Source of the DNA: an uncultured Chloroflexia bacterium
GTDB taxonomy: Bacteria; Chloroflexota; Chloroflexia; Thermomicrobiales; UBA6265
Assembly: GCA_963724295.1 (NCBI GenBank)
Contig: CAVRUC010000010.1
Span: 256,001 to 320,000 of the forward strand
DNA length: 64,000 bases
Direction: 5' to 3'
Shown: one piece after another, positions 58,413 through 64,000 of the stretch
Layout of the letters: the number at the start of each line of letters is the position of its first letter
Numbering within the stretch: the stretch's first letter is position 1
Notes under the pieces: model-generated
The model's input: only the letters and a program-made list of their open reading frames with translations
Databases searched by the model: none
Told to the model about the DNA's origin: nothing
Made by a program: the position numbers and the translations under genes

Positions 58413-58937
58413 ATGACGGAGCAGGATGACCCAGCGCTCGCAAGTCTCCTCGCACGACTACGCTGGAAATTAACGGAGCCTGTTGATTTCACTCGCACCG
58501 ATCCTGAATCGACGGTCGCCAAGGTCCGCCTCTTGTCTGCCGCGGCCGTCTATTTCAACGTTCTAGCTGTCACCGAGTTCGGCGGGCGACCAGGGCCAGT
58601 CCGCCAAGAAGGGCTCGTCGAGCAAGTTGTGGCCGCCGCTTTTCAGACATTCCAGGGGACGGATCCGCATCCCTCCCCATTCGACAAGGCGGCCACGCTC
58701 CTGCGCGGCATCATTCAAGGGCATCCCTTCGCCGACGGGAACAAGCGGACCGGCTTCTTGGTGGCGATCTACTACCTTGATAGTGTGGGATTCGTATTGC
58801 GACCGAACCTAGCTCCAGATCAGATCATTTCCTTCTGCCGGCGCGTCTCGGCCGGCGAAGTGCGCGATCCGAAGATCATCGTTGTGGCGCTGAAGGCGTG
58901 GACCGAACCGCGCGGCGAGGAAACATCAGTTCAGTGA
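58413..58937 (+). CDS. Fic/Doc family toxin
   Basis: HPFADGNKRTG Doc-type motif; FDKAA.LL.GII.GH. Confidence 0.88.
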   Translation: MTEQDDPALASLLARLRWKLTEPVDFTRTDPESTVAKVRLLSAAAVYFNVLAVTEFGGRPGPVRQEGLVEQVVAAAFQTFQGTDPHPSPFDKAATLLRGIIQGHPFADGNKRTGFLVAIYYLDSVGFVLRPNLAPDQIISFCRRVSAGEVRDPKIIVVALKAWTEPRGEETSVQ

Positions 58938-59040
58938 GCCTGATCATGCTTTGTTCGATCGTATTTTCCGCGACACGCGTTGGAGCCGGAGGTTCCGATG
59001 AGGCGTTACCCGAAGTCTGTGTCCGTCATTCGGCGCTCGC

Positions 59041-60603
59041 TCAGCCGCTCATCCCGGCGTAGGCCAGCATGACCGTCAACGCGCGATACCAGCGATCCGC
59101 GAGCTCGACGATGGAACTCGAGAAGATGATCCCGCCTAGCAAAGAGACAACGGCCATCGCGCCGATGCCGACGTTCAGCAGACCGGTCTTCGCCGGTCGC
59201 AGCTCACGCTCCGGCGCATTGAAGTACATCGCCGCCACTACCCGCAGGTAATAAAAGGCGCTCACCGCCGAGAGGACGACGATGGCGAGGGCCAGGATCA
59301 AGCCGATCGCCCCAATCTCGATCGCCGCCACGATCACCTGGTACTTCGCATAGAAGCCGATCGTCGGCGGGATGCCCATCAGGGAGATGAGGAAGACGGT
59401 CAGCGCCGCCGCCGCCAGCGGCTCTCTGGAAGCCAGCCCGTTATAGTCGTCCAGTTCCATGCCCCGTCCGCGATGCTGCACCCAGGTCACTACGGCGAAG
59501 GCGCCGATGTTCATCACCGCGTAGGCGAGCAGGTACATAAGCAGGCTGGAGATGCCGTTTTCACCAGTCGTCGGGGTCGCGCCGGGGGCCAGGAACCCAC
59601 CGGTGGAGCGATAGGCGGCCAGACCCACCATCATGTAGCCGGTGTGCGCGATCGACGAGTAGGCGAGCATCCGCTTCACATTGCGCTGGGCGATGGCCAC
59701 GATGTTGCCGAATGCCATCGTTACCAGCGCCAGCACCGCGATGACATTCACCCAGTCGTCGCTCAGCGGTCCGAGCGCCTGCACCAGGATACGAATCGTC
59801 GCGGCGAACGCCGCCACCTTCGGCACGACGGACATGAACGCCGTCACCGGGGTCGCCGCGCCGTCGTAGGCATCGGGCGTCCAGAAGTGGAAGGGCACGG
59901 CGGCCATCTTGAAGCCGAGCCCGACGATGATCAGGAGAAGCGCGAGCACCAGGGCCGGATCGAGGTTGGTCTCTCCGGTGACGCTGTTCTGCAAGGCGAT
60001 GGCGATGTCGTCGAGGTTCGTGGTGCCTGTCAGGCCATACACCCAGGCCATGCCATAGACCAGGATGGCGGAGGCGAAGATGCCGAGCAGGAAGTACTTC
60101 ATACCGCCCTCGAGAGCGGTCTGACGCCGCCTGGCGAAGGCGGTGAGGATATAGGTGGCCAGAGACGAAAGCTCGATGGCGACGAAGATCATCAGCAGAT
60201 CGCCGGCGGTACCGACCAGCATGGCGCCGAGGATGGCGAAGGCGAGCAGCACGTAGAACTCGCCAATCGGCAGATGCCCTTCGAGCTGATCGACGTAGGA
60301 GGCCGCGGTGACAACGCTGAGCACCGCCGAGATGAGGATGACCAGCGACAGGAAGACCGAAAGCCCGTCAGCTCGGAATGACCCCGAGAAGGTCGCCGCG
60401 TTCAGACCGTCCTGCCACCAGAGCGCGGCTGCCGACAGCCCATAGCCGATCAGGGAGACGCCGGTGAGCAGAGCATAGTGGTGGCGTCGCGGCAGAAACG
60501 CGTCCAGGACCATGAGCAGCAGCGCCAGCCCGAAGATAATGAGTTGTGGGTAGGTGAGGCTCCAGTCCGGCGTCTGGAGGCCTGCTGGCAGATCGTAGAG
60601 CAT
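59041..60603 (-). CDS. nuoN: NADH-quinone oxidoreductase subunit N
   Basis: EGGMKYFLLG, FKMAAVPFHFWTPDAY, KRMLAYSSIAH, GIPPTIGF.AK. Confidence 0.96.
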   Translation of the reverse strand: MLYDLPAGLQTPDWSLTYPQLIIFGLALLLMVLDAFLPRRHHYALLTGVSLIGYGLSAAALWWQDGLNAATFSGSFRADGLSVFLSLVILISAVLSVVTAASYVDQLEGHLPIGEFYVLLAFAILGAMLVGTAGDLLMIFVAIELSSLATYILTAFARRRQTALEGGMKYFLLGIFASAILVYGMAWVYGLTGTTNLDDIAIALQNSVTGETNLDPALVLALLLIIVGLGFKMAAVPFHFWTPDAYDGAATPVTAFMSVVPKVAAFAATIRILVQALGPLSDDWVNVIAVLALVTMAFGNIVAIAQRNVKRMLAYSSIAHTGYMMVGLAAYRSTGGFLAPGATPTTGENGISSLLMYLLAYAVMNIGAFAVVTWVQHRGRGMELDDYNGLASREPLAAAALTVFLISLMGIPPTIGFYAKYQVIVAAIEIGAIGLILALAIVVLSAVSAFYYLRVVAAMYFNAPERELRPAKTGLLNVGIGAMAVVSLLGGIIFSSSIVELADRWYRALTVMLAYAGMSG

Positions 60604-60640
60604 CAGTCTTCTCCGAAGTCGGCCGGTGTGTCCCCGTCGC

Positions 60641-62399
<1,759 letters not shown>

Positions 62400-62404
<5 letters not shown>

Positions 62405-62500
62405 AGGGTCATAGGGTGATCGGGTGATAGGGAGAATCCCTCCGTACCCCCTATTACCCGATCACCGTGAGCGCAGCGAACAATCACCCGATCACCCCCG
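62400..62500. repeat. Inverted 8-mer array element with GAGCGCAGCGA insert (nuoL-nuoM spacer)
   Basis: gtcatagggtcatagggtgatcgggtgataggga..ccctattacccgatcaccgtGAGCGCAGCGAacaatcacccgatcaccc. Confidence 0.8.
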
Positions 62501-64000
62501 TTACCGGAACAGCGTGCTCGACAACCCCAGATAGATCCCGACCAGCACCACCATGCCGAGCGCGATGGCCAGGGCGTAGTTCGTCACCAGACCGGTCTGG
62601 ACGTGGCGTAATCGCTGGCTGACCGCGCCGATGCCGAAGCCGACGCCGTTGACCGCCGCGTCGATGATGCGGATGTCGACCACCCGCCAGAGCGCGTTGG
62701 CGAGATTGCCCAACGGCCGCACGATCGCCCCGTTGTACAGCTCATCCCACCGCCACTTGTCGCGCAGGAAGAGATAGAGGGCAGACGCGCGCTCCTCCAG
62801 AGCAGGCATGGTGCGGCGCGAGTACATCAGGAACGCCAACCCGATGCCCGCAACCGCCGCGGCCGTCGAGGCGACCCCGAAGGCAATCACCGTTTGCTGC
62901 GAGACATGATGTTCTTCTTCCGCGGCCGCCCCGGTGCCGTGCCCCTCTTCGCCCTCCTCTTCACCAGCTGGGACGGTCTCCTCCTGCAGCATATAGAGCG
63001 AGGCCACCTCGTCCCCTTCGGCCGTATCTTCAGCATCGTGGAACACTGGCTCCAGGAAGGCGTGAATGGAGCCCGCTTCCGGCGGCCAGCCGATCAACCA
63101 GCCGAGGGCCACCGATGGGATCGCCAGCAGCACCAGCGGGATCGCCATCGACGGCGGCGACTCGTGCGGATGGATGTCGTGCGGGTCGAACCGCGGCTCA
63201 CCAGTGAAGACGAGGAAGACGAGGCGAAACATGTAGAACGCGGTGAAGAAGGCGGTCACCAGCCCGACGATGGCCAGGATCTGCCCGATCGGGATCAGAT
63301 CCGTGACCCAGGCTCCGACGAGGATCTCGTCCTTCGACCAGAACCCGGCGAAGGGAATCATGCCCGCGTTGGCAAATGAGGCGGCGAGGAACGTCCAGAA
63401 CGTGACCGGCATCCAGCGCCGCAGGCCGCCCATGCGCTGGATGTTCTGCTCCTCGTGCATGCCGTGGATGACGCTGCCGGCGCCGAGGAAGAGACACCCC
63501 TTGAAGAAGGCGTGGGTGACGAGGTGGAAGATGGCCGGGATGAAGGCACCGACACCCGCGCCCATCGCCATGTAACCGAGCTGCGACAGCGTCGAGTAGG
63601 CAACGACGCGCTTGATGTCGTTCTGGGCTACGGCGATCGTGGCCGCCATGAACGAGGTAAAGGCGCCGATGAGCGCGACGACCAGCATCGCGGTCGGCGC
63701 GGATTCATAGAACGTGTGCGTGCGGACGATCAAGTAGATACCGGCGGTGACCATCGTCGCGGCGTGGATCAGCGCCGAGACCGGGGTCGGACCCTCCATC
63801 GCGTCCGGCAGCCAGACGTGCAGTGGGAATTGCGCGCTCTTGCCGGCCGCGCCGCCGAAGAGAAGGAGGGCGATGCCGGTGACCACCGCGACCGGTGCAG
63901 CCGGTACCTGGGCGAAGACCTCACTAAATTCGAGCGTGCCGAACTGATAGAAGATCCAGATCAGTCCCAGGCCAAAGGCCAGGTCGCCGATGCGGTTGAC
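62501..64000 (-). CDS. nuoL: NADH-quinone oxidoreductase subunit L (5' truncated by window)
   Basis: VNRIGD at the window edge; GKSAQFPLHVWLPDAMEGPTPVSALIHAATMV, THAFFK, FWSKDEI, QTG.V.NY. Confidence 0.97.
   Translation of the reverse strand, partial: VNRIGDLAFGLGLIWIFYQFGTLEFSEVFAQVPAAPVAVVTGIALLLFGGAAGKSAQFPLHVWLPDAMEGPTPVSALIHAATMVTAGIYLIVRTHTFYESAPTAMLVVALIGAFTSFMAATIAVAQNDIKRVVAYSTLSQLGYMAMGAGVGAFIPAIFHLVTHAFFKGCLFLGAGSVIHGMHEEQNIQRMGGLRRWMPVTFWTFLAASFANAGMIPFAGFWSKDEILVGAWVTDLIPIGQILAIVGLVTAFFTAFYMFRLVFLVFTGEPRFDPHDIHPHESPPSMAIPLVLLAIPSVALGWLIGWPPEAGSIHAFLEPVFHDAEDTAEGDEVASLYMLQEETVPAGEEEGEEGHGTGAAAEEEHHVSQQTVIAFGVASTAAAVAGIGLAFLMYSRRTMPALEERASALYLFLRDKWRWDELYNGAIVRPLGNLANALWRVVDIRIIDAAVNGVGFGIGAVSQRLRHVQTGLVTNYALAIALGMVVLVGIYLGLSSTLFR

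Overview
High-GC bacterial chromosomal DNA, most likely Chloroflexota (Thermomicrobiales-like). This is inferred from the caa3-type oxidase operon, the long Tat leaders and the style of the exported proteins. The window is mainly housekeeping and metabolic. It holds the 3' end of a complex I operon (nuoL partial, nuoM, nuoN), sucAB, ada, a ctaCDEF-ctaG cytochrome caa3 operon followed by two uncharacterised membrane genes, sufT, tRNA-Cys(GCA), an ArsR/SmtB plus P1B-ATPase locus, sugar and amino-acid ABC transporters, a ynbAB-like phospholipid cluster and many hydrolases. There are three small toxin-antitoxin-like pairs (VapBC, HEPN plus partner, Doc plus mini-partner). I found no integrase, transposase, CRISPR array or rRNA. 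Several genes carry single-base frameshifts, probably long-read consensus errors. The most unexplained signal is non-coding: a dispersed family of intergenic elements made of degenerate 7/8-mer tandem units arranged as long inverted repeats. Several carry a conserved GAGCGCAGCGA mini-hairpin whose flanking base pairs co-vary. Also notable are a recurring (A/G)TP-x-A peptide at the ends of exported proteins, a duplicated nitronate-monooxygenase tail bracketing the sugar ABC cassette, and a TM plus PRC-barrel-like gene behind the oxidase operon. All calls come from motif reading; no searches were run.
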